A stretch of 64,000 nt of DNA, from positions 1,120,001 through 1,184,000 of the forward strand of contig CAWJCS010000002.1 in the NCBI GenBank assembly GCA_963841435.1, in the 5' to 3' direction. Positions 1 through 9,559 of this stretch are shown here, piece after piece. The stretch is from an uncultured delta proteobacterium (GTDB lineage Bacteria > Myxococcota_A > Polyangia > Polyangiales > Polyangiaceae). A program made the position numbers and the translations under genes. Position 1 is the first letter of the stretch, and each line of letters opens with the position of its first letter. Under the pieces are notes generated by a model. The model had not been told where the DNA came from. It ran no database searches and saw only the letters and a list, made by a program, of their open reading frames with translations.

Positions 1-663
1 CGCCGGGTCGGTGATCTCGAAGCGTGCTGCGTCGCCGCCGCTCGTGGCCACGCTGATCGACTCCATGCTGCCGCCGCCGTTGTGGACGTGGAAGGTGCTC
101 GACGGTCCGAGCATGGGACCGCTGGTCCGGTTGCTCGGCGTCGTGCCCGTGTAGTAGCGAACGCCGGTCCAGAGCTTTTCGCTCGGGTTGACGGTGATGG
201 CCGTCGAGGACCCGCCCGCCTGGCCGGCGCTGCCTGCCGCGCCAGCTCCCGCGCCCCCGTTGCCGGCACCGCCGCTCGCCGTCCCGCTGGTGCCGGCGCC
301 GCCGACCGACAGCGTGCCGCCGTCACCCGTCACGCCACCGTCCGACGTCGTTCCGCCGTTCGCACCGCCGTTGCCGGTGCCGCCCGCATCCGAGCCGGCG
401 CCGCCCGGCCTTGCGCCCGCGGCCGCGCTGCCCGCGCTGCCACCGCTCGTGGTGCCGCCCGCCGAGCTCCCCGCGGGGCCGCCGCCGAGCCCGGCACTTG
501 GGCCGCCGGTGCCCGCGCCCCCGGGCGCGCCGCCGCCCTGCGCACCGGCGCCACCCGTGCCGCCCCCGTTCGACGGCGGTGCGGCGCGGTCCGACCCGCA
601 CGCGGACAGGACGAGCCCGAAAAAGAGCGGCGAAAGCAGGCTCGGGAGTCGCGTTCGGTGCAT
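1..663 (-). CDS. Lipoprotein with Gly-rich linker followed by an Ig-like/beta-rich domain (partial, runs off the window edge)
   Basis: Manual translation from ATG at 663: MHRTRLPSLLSPLFFGLVLSACGSD (lipobox LSAC), then a G/A/S/T-rich linker and ...AITVNPSEKLWTGVRYY...ARFEITDP. It is absent from the ORF track because there is no stop in the window; the Pro-rich + strand ORF 188..985 is its antisense shadow. Confidence 0.8.
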   Translation of the reverse strand, partial: MHRTRLPSLLSPLFFGLVLSACGSDRAAPPSNGGGTGGAGAQGGGAPGGAGTGGPSAGLGGGPAGSSAGGTTSGGSAGSAAAGARPGGAGSDAGGTGNGGANGGTTSDGGVTGDGGTLSVGGAGTSGTASGGAGNGGAGAGAAGSAGQAGGSSTAITVNPSEKLWTGVRYYTGTTPSNRTSGPMLGPSSTFHVHNGGGSMESISVATSGGDAARFEITDPA

Positions 664-671
664 CGCGGGCC

Positions 672-1586
672 TCAGCGGACGCAGCGGACGGCGTTCGGCG
701 TCGTGCCGAGGTCGTAGAGTGCTGCTCCGTAGTCGAACGAAACGTACCAGGCAAGCTCGGCGCTGCCGGCCCACGCGCTGCCCGTCCAGAAGGGCACCGA
801 CGGCGTGCCCGCGAAGACATCCGCGTCGATCGCCGGAGCGCGCGTCGTTTCATCGACCAGCGTTTCGAGCTCCGGCATCGTGGGCAGACGAAAGCCTTGT
901 TCGCCTGCGAGGTCGAGCTCGGCGCAGTAGTCGCGTGCGGCGAATAGCCCGAGCGGTGCGGGCGCCGTGCCGCGTTGCCAGGTGAGCCCGGTGCGAAGGT
1001 CGCGCGCCGTGTCGGGCCGCACGTCGAAGCGCGGCCCCGTGGTCTTTTTCAACCCCGCCGACGACACGCAGCGCACGCGAAACGCATTCCCGGCGTCCTC
1101 GAGGTCGGGGTAGCCGAAGTAGAAATAGGCGTACCAGGCGCGCGTCGGATCGCCGGCGCTGCGCGACGAGCTCCAGAACCATTCCCCCGGCGTCGCCGGG
1201 AACGCCTCGGGGTCGATGGCCGGCTCGCTCCGGCCGAGGTCGAGCAGCGACACGAGCTCGATGCGCGTCGGTAGCCGAAAATCGTCGTTTTGCCCGAGTG
1301 TCAGGTCGTCGCAGTAGCGCTCTGCTTCATCGACGCTGAACGACTCGCTCGGCACGTTGCGCTGCCACGCCAGCCCCGTGACGACGTCGAGCACGACGGA
1401 CTCGCTGTCGGCGCGATCGAGCGCGTAGTGTCGCTCGTTCGGCAGGCCGAGGCCGGGCTCGTTCGGCATCGGCCAGGCCGCGGTGCTCGGGTTGCCTGCC
1501 GTCGCTGTCCCCCCGCCTGGTGCATCGCGCGAGGTGGTGCAGCCGAGGGCTGCGAGGAGCGAGAGCACGACGACCCGGCGTATCAG
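672..1586 (-). CDS. Lipoprotein with tandem DUF1566 (Lcl C-terminal, C-type-lectin-like) domains
   Basis: Two copies of D..TGL.WQR...A..YC..L.L....FRLPT..EL..L...W....VRCV, with lipobox ALGC. The start is likely CTG 1586 (overlaps the upstream stop, GGAGA RBS) or GTG 1568; the ORF-track start at 2000 overlaps the upstream gene. Confidence 0.85.
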   Translation of the reverse strand: MIRRVVVLSLLAALGCTTSRDAPGGGTATAGNPSTAAWPMPNEPGLGLPNERHYALDRADSESVVLDVVTGLAWQRNVPSESFSVDEAERYCDDLTLGQNDDFRLPTRIELVSLLDLGRSEPAIDPEAFPATPGEWFWSSSRSAGDPTRAWYAYFYFGYPDLEDAGNAFRVRCVSSAGLKKTTGPRFDVRPDTARDLRTGLTWQRGTAPAPLGLFAARDYCAELDLAGEQGFRLPTMPELETLVDETTRAPAIDADVFAGTPSVPFWTGSAWAGSAELAWYVSFDYGAALYDLGTTPNAVRCVR

Positions 1587-3431
1587 AGATTCTCCCCCGC
1601 CGACGGCGTACGGAGCCGGAAGGCCTTGGTCTTCGCGAGCGCCACCAGGTAGTCCCGGATCGAGTAGCCGGACGCGCTGGCCGCTTTGTAGGCGTTCTCG
1701 ATCGAGCCTGCGTCCGCGTCGCCCTCGAGCCGGCCCAGCATGTACCGTGACCACTGGCGGGCGGTGCACCAGCTCACCTCCGCGTCGCTCGCGAGCGCGT
1801 GCACCAGCTCGTGGGCGTTCTGGAAGGGGATCTCGACGCCGTTCGGCGTGACGCCGCCGACGCCGGCGCCGCTCGGGAGCGGTGCGCCGGTCGCGTCGAT
1901 CGGCTTGTTTTCTTCCATCGTGCGGAAGCGCCCGATCGAGTCGAAGTTCTCGAACGCGAAGCCCCAGGGGTCGAACAGCGCGTGGCAGCCGGCCGCGCAT
2001 GCGTTCTTTTCGTGATCGGCGAAGCGCTCACGCGTCGTCATGCCGGGCTCGGGTGGCCGCACCTCGGGCACGACCAGCGGTGGCGGCGGCACCTGCCCGC
2101 AGAGCAGCTGCCGGTACACGACGAGGCCGCGATCGACGGGCGGCGCCGTGCCGTTGGTTCTGAGGAACGGGACCTGCATCAAGATGCCCTCGCGCTGCGA
2201 CGGATCGAGCTCGAGCCGCACGAAGGCGTCTCCCTGGGCGGTGGCGCCGTACTCGGGCGCCGTCGTGGCGTTGACGAACGTGTAGGGAGCCGTGAGCAGC
2301 GACGAAAGCGTCCCGTCGCCCTCGAGTACCACCGACGCAACGAACGTCGCGAGCTCGCGCCCTAGCTGCGTCCCGAGATCGGTTCCCGGCAAGAGGTCGT
2401 CCAGGTTGTCGATATGCAGCCACTGGCGGTGGAAGTTGAAAAGGGCGTTCGTCGCGCGCGTCGGGTCGGCGAGCATGCGCGTCGCCTGCGTCGCAATGCC
2501 GTCGGCATCGTCGAGCCCGCCGGATTCCGCCGCGGTGAGCAGCGCATCGTCCGGCATCGATTCCCAGAGGAAATAGGAGAGTCGTGACGCAACCTGGTAC
2601 GCCGTCAGGTGCACGAGCGCTGGGTCCGTCGTGTCGCGCACGGGCGGCTGATCGCCGATCTCCCAGTGATAGAGGAAGTTCGGCGATTGGAGCATCTCGG
2701 ACGTTACGTGGGTCAGCGACTGATTGAAATCGAAGCCGAGGCCGCGGGCCGTCTGGAACAGCGCGACGAGATCCGCGGATTCGTCGGCCGTCACGGGACG
2801 CCGGTACGCGTGCCGGCCGAACGACGCGATGAAGTCGGTGGCGCAGCTCACCTCTGCGGCCTGGGTTGCCGGCGCGGCGCACGGCACGGCGAGCGTGCCC
2901 CGCGACATGGCGCTCACGGCGAGCGTCGCCGCGCGCTCCATGTACATCTGCGCGTTGATGGTGGCGACGTTGTTCGGCGTCTCGAAGCCGCTGTTGCCCG
3001 GCCCGTCGACCTCGAAGCCCTCGGACGCGTTCGAGGTTTCGCCCAAGAGATCACGCATGGTGTTCGCGTACTCTCGGTGCGTGAGCCTGAGCATGGGCAG
3101 GATGCCGGCGGTTTCGGCGGCAGGCGGCGTGTTGACGGGGGGTGGCATCGTCGTGCCACTGCCGCCCGTTCCGGCGCTTCCGGACGTGCCGCCCCCGCTG
3201 CCACTCATCGCGCCCGCGCTGCCGCCCGTCGTCGCGGAAACGGCACCGGTCCCGCCCGTGGCTGCGCCAGTCCCCGAAGCGCCGCCGCTACCACCCGCCT
3301 GAGCCGCGGGGCCGCTGTCGCCTGGAGTGCCTGTCTGGATGCTGCCCGTGCAGCCGAGCGCGACGAGCGACGCGATGCCGAGAAGCGCCCGTAGCGTGGT
3401 TCGAGGAAAAGGAGCGTAGCGTGGTGCTCAT
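1583..3431 (-). CDS. DUF1592/DUF1588/DUF1595/DUF1587/DUF1585 family lipoprotein with CxxxCH haem-c-like motif; apparent +1 frameshift near 3407-3410
   Basis: Motifs RLTHREYANTMRDLLG, AYRRP, LQSPNFLY, ASRLSYFLWESMPDD, TTRER, CAAGCH, GFAFENFDSIGRFR. An RBS-preceded ATG at 3431 is one base out of frame with the lipobox ALGC and the main ORF (1583..3208 in the track). Confidence 0.85.
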
Positions 3432-3442
3432 CGCGATCTCCT

Positions 3443-4810
3443 TCAGCCCTTCAGCACGGCGAGCTCGCCGCCGTATTCGGGTTGTCCGAACGTTTCGGTG
3501 GGCACGCCGAGCGCATTGGCGATGGCGATGAGAATGCCGTTTTGCGCGGTGTTCGCCGGCAGTTTCACGCTGCGCCCGGTCTTGAAATAGCCGCCGCAGG
3601 AGCCGGCCATGATCGCGGGCACGTTGTTGTACTCGTGCTGACCCGTGCGCATGTTGTTCATGGCGATGAACACCGAGCTGTCGAGGAGGCCGCTCGTCTT
3701 CATCGAGCCAATGGCGTAGGCGACCTGTTCCTGGAACCAGGTGTCCATGGTGTCCTTCTCGGTGCCGTTGCGATGCGCGATCGAGTGGTAGCCGTTCACG
3801 TTGCCCGTGTTGCCGTCCTGCCCGCCGGGCATGAAGCCGAGGTTGTAGAGGATGAGATCGCTGTCGCCCTGATCGCCGAGCTGCAGCACGACGACGCGCG
3901 TCGCGTCGGCGGCGAGCGCGGCCACGCTGAGGTCGATCATCATCTTCGTCGTGGTGTGGAAATTCTCGGTCGAGCCCGTGTTCACGCCTTCGGGCAGCAT
4001 CGGCGGCTCGCCCGTCGGCGTCGAAACCGGCGGCGTCGTGAGCCCCATCTCGATCTCGCGGATCGACTGCAGATGGGCGTCGATGCGCAGGCCGTCCTCC
4101 GTGCCGACGCGACCCTTGAAACGATTGAGATCCTTGATCACCGTGTCGAGGATGCTCGTCTTGATCTGGAGATCACGATCCGCCATCGGGTCCGCTGGGG
4201 GCGTCGTGCCGCCCGTGCCGCCCGGCTGATTGCCGAAGATCTGGGTGAAGATGCGATACGGATCGGTCGTGGGCACGATCGCGTCGCCCGCACCGCGCCA
4301 CGACAGGCGTGCGGTGCTCTTCACGAGAATGCCGAGGTTCAGGCTCGTGAGCCCGCCGTAGCCCATTGACTTGAGCTGCGTTCCGATGTGCTGGTCGATC
4401 GAAGGTCCGCCGGCGACGTTGCCCGCCGTCGAGCTGCCGAACGATTGGTAGAACTTGCCCGTGAGCATGCCCTGAAAGCAGGCGTGGCCGGACACCTCAC
4501 CCCCCGACGGGTTCGGCGACTCGCGGACGAAGCGGTAGTTGATGTTGTCGAGGAGCAAGAGGTCATCGCGCAGCGGCTCGAGTGACGCCTGGAACGGCGC
4601 GAACGTGTAGCTCGTCCCCTCGCCCGGCCACTTGGAGACGGAGCTCTTGCTGAGGAAGCCGTCTGCCCAGACGAGAAAAAACGCACCCCGCGCGGGAGGA
4701 ACCTGGCCGCGCGCCTCCGTTTCCCAGTCGAGCAGCGGCAGCAGCGCGGGCCCAACGCCGAGCGCTCGGAGCAACGTGCGACGGGAGAAGCGATCGGTCT
4801 TGCTCATCAT
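3443..4810 (-). CDS. DUF1552 family protein with twin-arginine (Tat-like) N-terminus
   Basis: SRRTLLRALGVG..LLPLL, GGPSIDQHIG, RIDAHLQSIREIE, ALAADATRV, YHSIAH, LLDSSV, HEYNNVP..AGSCGGYFKTGR. Confidence 0.9.
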   Translation of the reverse strand: MMSKTDRFSRRTLLRALGVGPALLPLLDWETEARGQVPPARGAFFLVWADGFLSKSSVSKWPGEGTSYTFAPFQASLEPLRDDLLLLDNINYRFVRESPNPSGGEVSGHACFQGMLTGKFYQSFGSSTAGNVAGGPSIDQHIGTQLKSMGYGGLTSLNLGILVKSTARLSWRGAGDAIVPTTDPYRIFTQIFGNQPGGTGGTTPPADPMADRDLQIKTSILDTVIKDLNRFKGRVGTEDGLRIDAHLQSIREIEMGLTTPPVSTPTGEPPMLPEGVNTGSTENFHTTTKMMIDLSVAALAADATRVVVLQLGDQGDSDLILYNLGFMPGGQDGNTGNVNGYHSIAHRNGTEKDTMDTWFQEQVAYAIGSMKTSGLLDSSVFIAMNNMRTGQHEYNNVPAIMAGSCGGYFKTGRSVKLPANTAQNGILIAIANALGVPTETFGQPEYGGELAVLKG

Positions 4811-4956
4811 GGCGGTATTCCCACGGCAGAAATTGACCAGTGGCGCCCCCTCGTGCTTCGACCCGCGGCGGGTCACCCTTGGGGCTCACGAACTGGTTGC
4901 CGTCGACTCGCAATTTCGGTCACGAGCAACGCATTTGGTCGCGGGCCCACCGCCGT

Positions 4957-4971
4957 GCTGGATGATTGCCA
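4957..4971 (-). promoter_or_regulatory. Weak sigma54 -24/-12 promoter candidate upstream of the DUF1552-DUF1592 operon
   Basis: Minus strand TGGCAATCATCCAGC: GG and GC are at the canonical spacing, but the -12 TT is missing. Confidence 0.2.
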
Positions 4972-5043
4972 CCCAGGGAGAATTCTCGGAGCCTGCGACG
5001 AGTCGGTTCGATTCGTGAGCCCGGATCGGGCGGACGCCAGTCG

Positions 5044-6006
5044 TCAAAGCACGCAGCGCACGAGCCCCAGGGTGTCGAGGGTCGCATAGAGCGAGTACCC
5101 GTCCGAGAAGCGCACGAGCCAGGCGCTCGCCACGTCACCCGCGAGCTTCGACGACGACCAGACGACCTCGTCGGCCACGTCGGGGAAGGCGACCTCGTCG
5201 ATCAAGAGTGCCCCCGCGGGACGCTCGGAAACGAGCGTCTGCAGCTCTTTCATCGTCGGCACACGAAACCCGCTCGACCCCGCGAGCGAGAGCGCCGCAC
5301 ACCGCCTGGCCGCTTCGTCGAACGTCACCGGTGTCGCATCGGCGGCGCGTTGCCACACGAGACCCGTGGCCGGATCCGACACCGTGTCCGCATCGATGAC
5401 GAGGGGCTCGCGGGCCGAGGCGGGCGGCGCGTGGTCGGTGCGCACGCAACGCACCCACTGCGCGTACACCGTGAGGTTCGAGCTCGTGTAGCCGAAGAAG
5501 AAGTTGACGTGAAAGCGTTGCTCCGCGTCGCCCGGTACGACGGACGCGCTCCAGTACGCCTCGCTCGGCTCACCGGGGAAGACGTCGGGGTCGAGCGCGG
5601 CGTCCATTTTCGTGTAGTTGACGAGCGAGACGAGCTCGATGCGCGTGGGCAGCCGAAAGTCGTCGTGGCCCTCGAGCGCGAGCGCCTCGCAATGGGTGCC
5701 GGCGTCGGCGCTCACGAAGCCGCCGCCCTCGCCGGGGCCCTGATCGGCGACCCGCTGCCATGAAAGCCCGGTCGTCTGGTCCGTCGCGAGGGCGCCCGAG
5801 CCGGAAAGCTCGTAGCGGGCCGGGTTCGGTGCATCATCCCCCGGAGGATTCGGCATTTTCCAGAGGGCACGGGTGCGGTCGATCGCGCCGGAACCGCCGT
5901 CGCCGTCGGGACCGGTGCCCGATTTCCCTGGGCTCGAGCAACTTGCCGCTAGCACCGCGAGCACCGTCCCCCCGAAAAATCTCACGTGAGGGGCGGCGGC
6001 TCGCAT
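5044..6006 (-). CDS. Lipoprotein with tandem DUF1566 domains (paralogue of 672..1586)
   Basis: Lipobox AASC; shared WxMPN..G...PN...Y leader motif; two TGL.WQR / FR(L/V)PT..EL / VRCV units. Confidence 0.88.
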   Translation of the reverse strand: MRAAAPHVRFFGGTVLAVLAASCSSPGKSGTGPDGDGGSGAIDRTRALWKMPNPPGDDAPNPARYELSGSGALATDQTTGLSWQRVADQGPGEGGGFVSADAGTHCEALALEGHDDFRLPTRIELVSLVNYTKMDAALDPDVFPGEPSEAYWSASVVPGDAEQRFHVNFFFGYTSSNLTVYAQWVRCVRTDHAPPASAREPLVIDADTVSDPATGLVWQRAADATPVTFDEAARRCAALSLAGSSGFRVPTMKELQTLVSERPAGALLIDEVAFPDVADEVVWSSSKLAGDVASAWLVRFSDGYSLYATLDTLGLVRCVL

Positions 6007-6056
6007 CGCCCGCCGTTACGATCACTTCCCGACGAGTGCCAGCGTCCACGATACCC

Positions 6057-7481
6057 ATGATGCCCCGACCCTCCACGACTCCTCTCTCGCTTCTGCTCCT
6101 CGGGGTGCTTCCGATCGCGACGGCGATTGCGTGCGGCGAGCCCGCAGCAACCAACGGCGACACGCTGCCGCGCGGCGGCACCGCGAACGTTGCGGGCGGC
6201 GGTGGTTCGAGTGGTGCCGCGGCGTCGGGTGGCGTTGCGGCGTCGGGTGGTGCGGCTTCGGGCACGGGCGGCATGGGCGGCACGGTCGTCGCGGGCGCCG
6301 GAGGTGCGGCCGGAACGCTGGGGGGTGGAGCCGGGGCAGCAGGCCTGGGGGGCGCGAGCGGGGCGGGCGACGGCGGCGGCGGGGGCTCGGCCGCCGGTCT
6401 TGGCGGCGCGGGCGCAGCCGGCCTCGGCGGGCAAGGCGCGAGCGGCGCAGGCGGCAGCGGGGCGGGCGGCCAGGCGGGGAGCGGCGGCGGCGCGGCCGGC
6501 ACGGGCGGCGCGGCCGGCACGGGCGGCACGAAGCCGGGCTCCGTGCCCGTTGATCCGGCGCTCCGCGCACGCTGCACCGGCGAAAACCCCATCGAGTGTC
6601 ATCTCGACGCGCCGAACGGCAACTACGACGTGACCGTCGTGCTCGGCGATACCGCGCTCGCTGGCTCGTCGTGGGTCGAGGCCGAAACGCACCATCTCGT
6701 CGTCGAGGAAACGAAGACGGCCGCGGGCGAGACTCAATCGTTCACGTTCACGGCGAACGTGCGCCGCGAGCAACACGACGGCGGGCAGAGCGCTCCGGAC
6801 AACGTGCTCGACCTCGTGATTGGCGGCCAGCAGCCGACGCTCGCGGGGCTCGGCGTGCGCGCGGCGCCGGACTCCACGACCCTCTTCGTAGCGAGTGACT
6901 CGACGGCCTGCGATTGGGACGCGTCGAGCTCGTCGTCGCAGGCCGACGACGAGCGGGGCTGGGCGCAAGAGCTTTCGCTCTATCTCGGCCCCGGCGTCGC
7001 CGTGGCAAACTACGCGGATTCGGGCGAGACCGCGGGCAGCTTCTATTCGAAGTTCTTCGGGCCCGCGAAGAGCGCCATGAAGGCGGGCGACTTCTTGTTC
7101 ATTCAGTTCGGACACAACGACCAGAAGAACACGGCCGACGTGAGCGCGTATCAGCAGAATCTCGGCCGCTACGTCACCGACGCGCGCAACGCGGGCGCCA
7201 CCCCCGTCGTCTTCACGCCCGTGTCGCGCTCGAGCGGCACCACGCAGGACCCGGGCTTCGCCGGTTTGGACCAGCAGGCGCGCGACTTTGCCGCGAGCCA
7301 AAACGTCGCGCTCGTCGATCTGACGGCGCTCTCGCGCGCGTACTACACGACGGTGCCGAGCAAGTCGGCGCTGTTCGTCAACGGCACGCACTTCCACGAG
7401 GTCGGTGCCGTCGGCGTCGCGGGCGTCGTCGCCGAGGCGCTTCGCACGGGCAGCCTCTCGCTCGCGGCGTTCGTCCGCTGA
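6057..7481 (+). CDS. Rhamnogalacturonan acetylesterase (CE12, SGNH/GDSL) lipoprotein with Gly-rich linker
   Basis: Lipobox AIAC; beta-sandwich NGNYDVTVVLGD; SGNH blocks ASDST, GWAQ, NYADSG, GDFLFIQFGHND, NGTHF..GA. Confidence 0.85.
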   Translation: MMPRPSTTPLSLLLLGVLPIATAIACGEPAATNGDTLPRGGTANVAGGGGSSGAAASGGVAASGGAASGTGGMGGTVVAGAGGAAGTLGGGAGAAGLGGASGAGDGGGGGSAAGLGGAGAAGLGGQGASGAGGSGAGGQAGSGGGAAGTGGAAGTGGTKPGSVPVDPALRARCTGENPIECHLDAPNGNYDVTVVLGDTALAGSSWVEAETHHLVVEETKTAAGETQSFTFTANVRREQHDGGQSAPDNVLDLVIGGQQPTLAGLGVRAAPDSTTLFVASDSTACDWDASSSSSQADDERGWAQELSLYLGPGVAVANYADSGETAGSFYSKFFGPAKSAMKAGDFLFIQFGHNDQKNTADVSAYQQNLGRYVTDARNAGATPVVFTPVSRSSGTTQDPGFAGLDQQARDFAASQNVALVDLTALSRAYYTTVPSKSALFVNGTHFHEVGAVGVAGVVAEALRTGSLSLAAFVR

Positions 7482-7537
7482 CGGGCTTGCGCGCGCTTTC
7501 GTGATTCGCTTGAGGGCCGATGTGCGACCTTTCTCGC

Positions 7538-9328
7538 ATGCGCGAAGGCGATCTGGCCGCCCTCCTCGTCGCCCGGCGACGCCGGCCTCGGCGCACCCGC
7601 TCGCGCGGGATGCTCGGCGTCGTGCTTTTGGTGGGCGCCATGGGCTGCTCGTCGAAGCAGGGTGACGGAGCCGAGCGCCAGGGCGCCAGCGGAGGCGGCG
7701 CGGGCGTCATGGCGACGGCAGGCGGCGGCGCGGGCGGAGCGGGGACCTCGGGCAGCGCGGGCCTGCAGGCGGGCGCCTCGGGCGGCGGCATGGCTCAGGG
7801 TGGCGCGGGGCCCTTCGCTGGAGCAACGGCTGGCGGTTCGGGCGGGGGTGCGGGGACGGCCGGGGGTGACGGCGGCAGCGGGGGTGCGGCCGCCGGTGCC
7901 GCGGGTGAAGCGGCGGGCGGAGCGTCGGGAGCCGCGGGCGCGGGCGGCGTTTCGGCCGGTGGTGCCGGCGGCAGCAGCGGAAGGGGTGGCGGCGGAGCCG
8001 CTGGCGCTGGTGCCGGAGGCGGCGGAGCCGGTGGCGCTGGTGCCGGTGGCGCTGACCCCGTCGGTCCCCTCGTGCTGAGCGAGGACGGCGGCTGGTGTTG
8101 GTTCCAATCACCCCGGGCGCTCTTTCAGGGCGAGCGCCTCATCGTCGGCTCGGTGGCCTCCGGCTGGAACGGCGCGAGCCGCCGCGGCGACACGGAAGCC
8201 ATCGTTCACGATCTCGGGACCGGGACGACAACGTCCATCGAGCTCCACAATCAGCTCGAGCTCGACGATCACGACGCGCCCGCGCTGCTCGCGCGCCCCG
8301 ACGGTCGCCTGCTCGCGCTCTTCGCCAAGCACGGCAGCGAGAACCACTTCTACTTCCGTCGCTCCGCGGCGAACGCGCCGACCACGTGGGAGGCCGAGAA
8401 GACCTTCACGCCGAGTGCCTCGACCGAGCTGACCTACAGCAATCTGATCGTGCTCTCGGCGGAGCAGAACCGCGTCTACGACTTTTATCGCGGGCTCGAT
8501 GCGAGCTACAAACCCTCGTACGCGTACTCCGACGACCTCGGTGAGACCTGGCACAGCGGCAACGTCGTCATCAACGTCCCTTCGACCGCGCTCCACCGCC
8601 CCTACGCGCGCTACGCATCGAACGGTGTCGATACGATCCACATCCTTTACACCGAAGCCCACCCGCGCGACTTCGACAACAGCATCTACCACGTCTATTA
8701 CCGAAGCGGCTCGCTCTACCGGAGCGACGGCACGGCGATTCGCAGCCTCGCCGAGGGCCTGGCGAGCCCGGACGAAGGCACGCGCATCTTCCAGGGCAAC
8801 GCCGACAACGTCGCGTGGACCATCGACGTTGCGCTCGATGAAAACGACTGGCCCCGCACGGTTTATTCGGTGCAGCTGGGCTCGGCCGGGCTCCCCGTGG
8901 GGCAGGGCGGCAACGATCTTCGCTATCGCTACGCGCGCTGGGACGGCTCGGCCTGGCGCGACTACCCGCTCGCGTACGCGGGCACGCGCCTCTATTCGGG
9001 CGAGGACGACTACAGCGGCCTCGCGTCCATCGACCCGACGGATACCTCGGTCGTCTACATTTCGACGAATGCGGACCCGGCGAGCGGCGCGCCCCTGACG
9101 AGCAGCGCCGACTCCAAGCGTCACTACGAGCTCTTCCGTGGTGTTACGGCGGACGCTGGCGCCACGTGGCAGTGGACGCCCGTTACGCACGATTCGACGC
9201 TCGACAACCTGCGCCCCATCGTCGTCGGCGACGGCGCCGGGCAGAAGGCGCTGCTCTGGCTACGGGGAACGTACCGCGCCTACACCGATTACCAGCAGCA
9301 GGTGATGGCGCTCTTCTTTCGGGACTAA
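7538..9328 (+). CDS. BNR-4 repeat beta-propeller lipoprotein (putative glycan-active enzyme)
   Basis: Lipobox AMGC; Gly-rich linker; DGGWCWFQSPRA, DDHDAPALL, TYSNL, Asp-box SDDLGETW, RPYARY, HPR, LRP. The start could be 7610. Confidence 0.8.
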   Translation: MREGDLAALLVARRRRPRRTRSRGMLGVVLLVGAMGCSSKQGDGAERQGASGGGAGVMATAGGGAGGAGTSGSAGLQAGASGGGMAQGGAGPFAGATAGGSGGGAGTAGGDGGSGGAAAGAAGEAAGGASGAAGAGGVSAGGAGGSSGRGGGGAAGAGAGGGGAGGAGAGGADPVGPLVLSEDGGWCWFQSPRALFQGERLIVGSVASGWNGASRRGDTEAIVHDLGTGTTTSIELHNQLELDDHDAPALLARPDGRLLALFAKHGSENHFYFRRSAANAPTTWEAEKTFTPSASTELTYSNLIVLSAEQNRVYDFYRGLDASYKPSYAYSDDLGETWHSGNVVINVPSTALHRPYARYASNGVDTIHILYTEAHPRDFDNSIYHVYYRSGSLYRSDGTAIRSLAEGLASPDEGTRIFQGNADNVAWTIDVALDENDWPRTVYSVQLGSAGLPVGQGGNDLRYRYARWDGSAWRDYPLAYAGTRLYSGEDDYSGLASIDPTDTSVVYISTNADPASGAPLTSSADSKRHYELFRGVTADAGATWQWTPVTHDSTLDNLRPIVVGDGAGQKALLWLRGTYRAYTDYQQQVMALFFRD

Positions 9329-9525
9329 CACTACTGTCAGAGTCTTGGAGGAACAGCTCACGATCCGGCAGAGAGAACACGAGCCACGAAAGCAACTGGC
9401 GCGGCCAGCGGGCGGCCGTCTTCGAGCACGAAATGGACGCAAGACGTGGGCGCCGCCGTCCGAAAAGTTCGCCGCTCGCCAATCTGCGAATTTCTCGAAG
9501 GAAACGCGAATCTCTGACAGTAGTG
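9329..9525. mobile_element. Putative MITE (197 bp) with perfect 14-bp terminal inverted repeats
   Basis: CACTACTGTCAGAG at 9329-9342 and CTCTGACAGTAGTG at 9512-9525; flanks CTAA (left) and CTGA (right); no convincing ORF inside. Confidence 0.7.
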
Positions 9526-9559
9526 CTGAGCCTCGGGGGCGCGCCTTTTCGGCGGGCCG

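Noticed and set aside
188..985. Long Pro-rich ORFs (also 5834..6592, 23809..24426, 27151..27966, 34992..35636, 54931..55692 and others)
   Set aside because: These are antisense shadows of Gly-rich linkers (GGN codons read as Pro/Ala on the other strand) in high-GC DNA.
4811..5043. Riboswitch in the DUF1552 leader region
   Set aside because: No recognisable aptamer consensus by eye; an Infernal/Rfam scan would be needed.
672..6006. Diversity-generating retroelement (DUF1566 proteins can be DGR targets)
   Set aside because: No reverse transcriptase in the window and no near-identical TR/VR pair differing at adenines; the four domain C-termini are broadly diverged.
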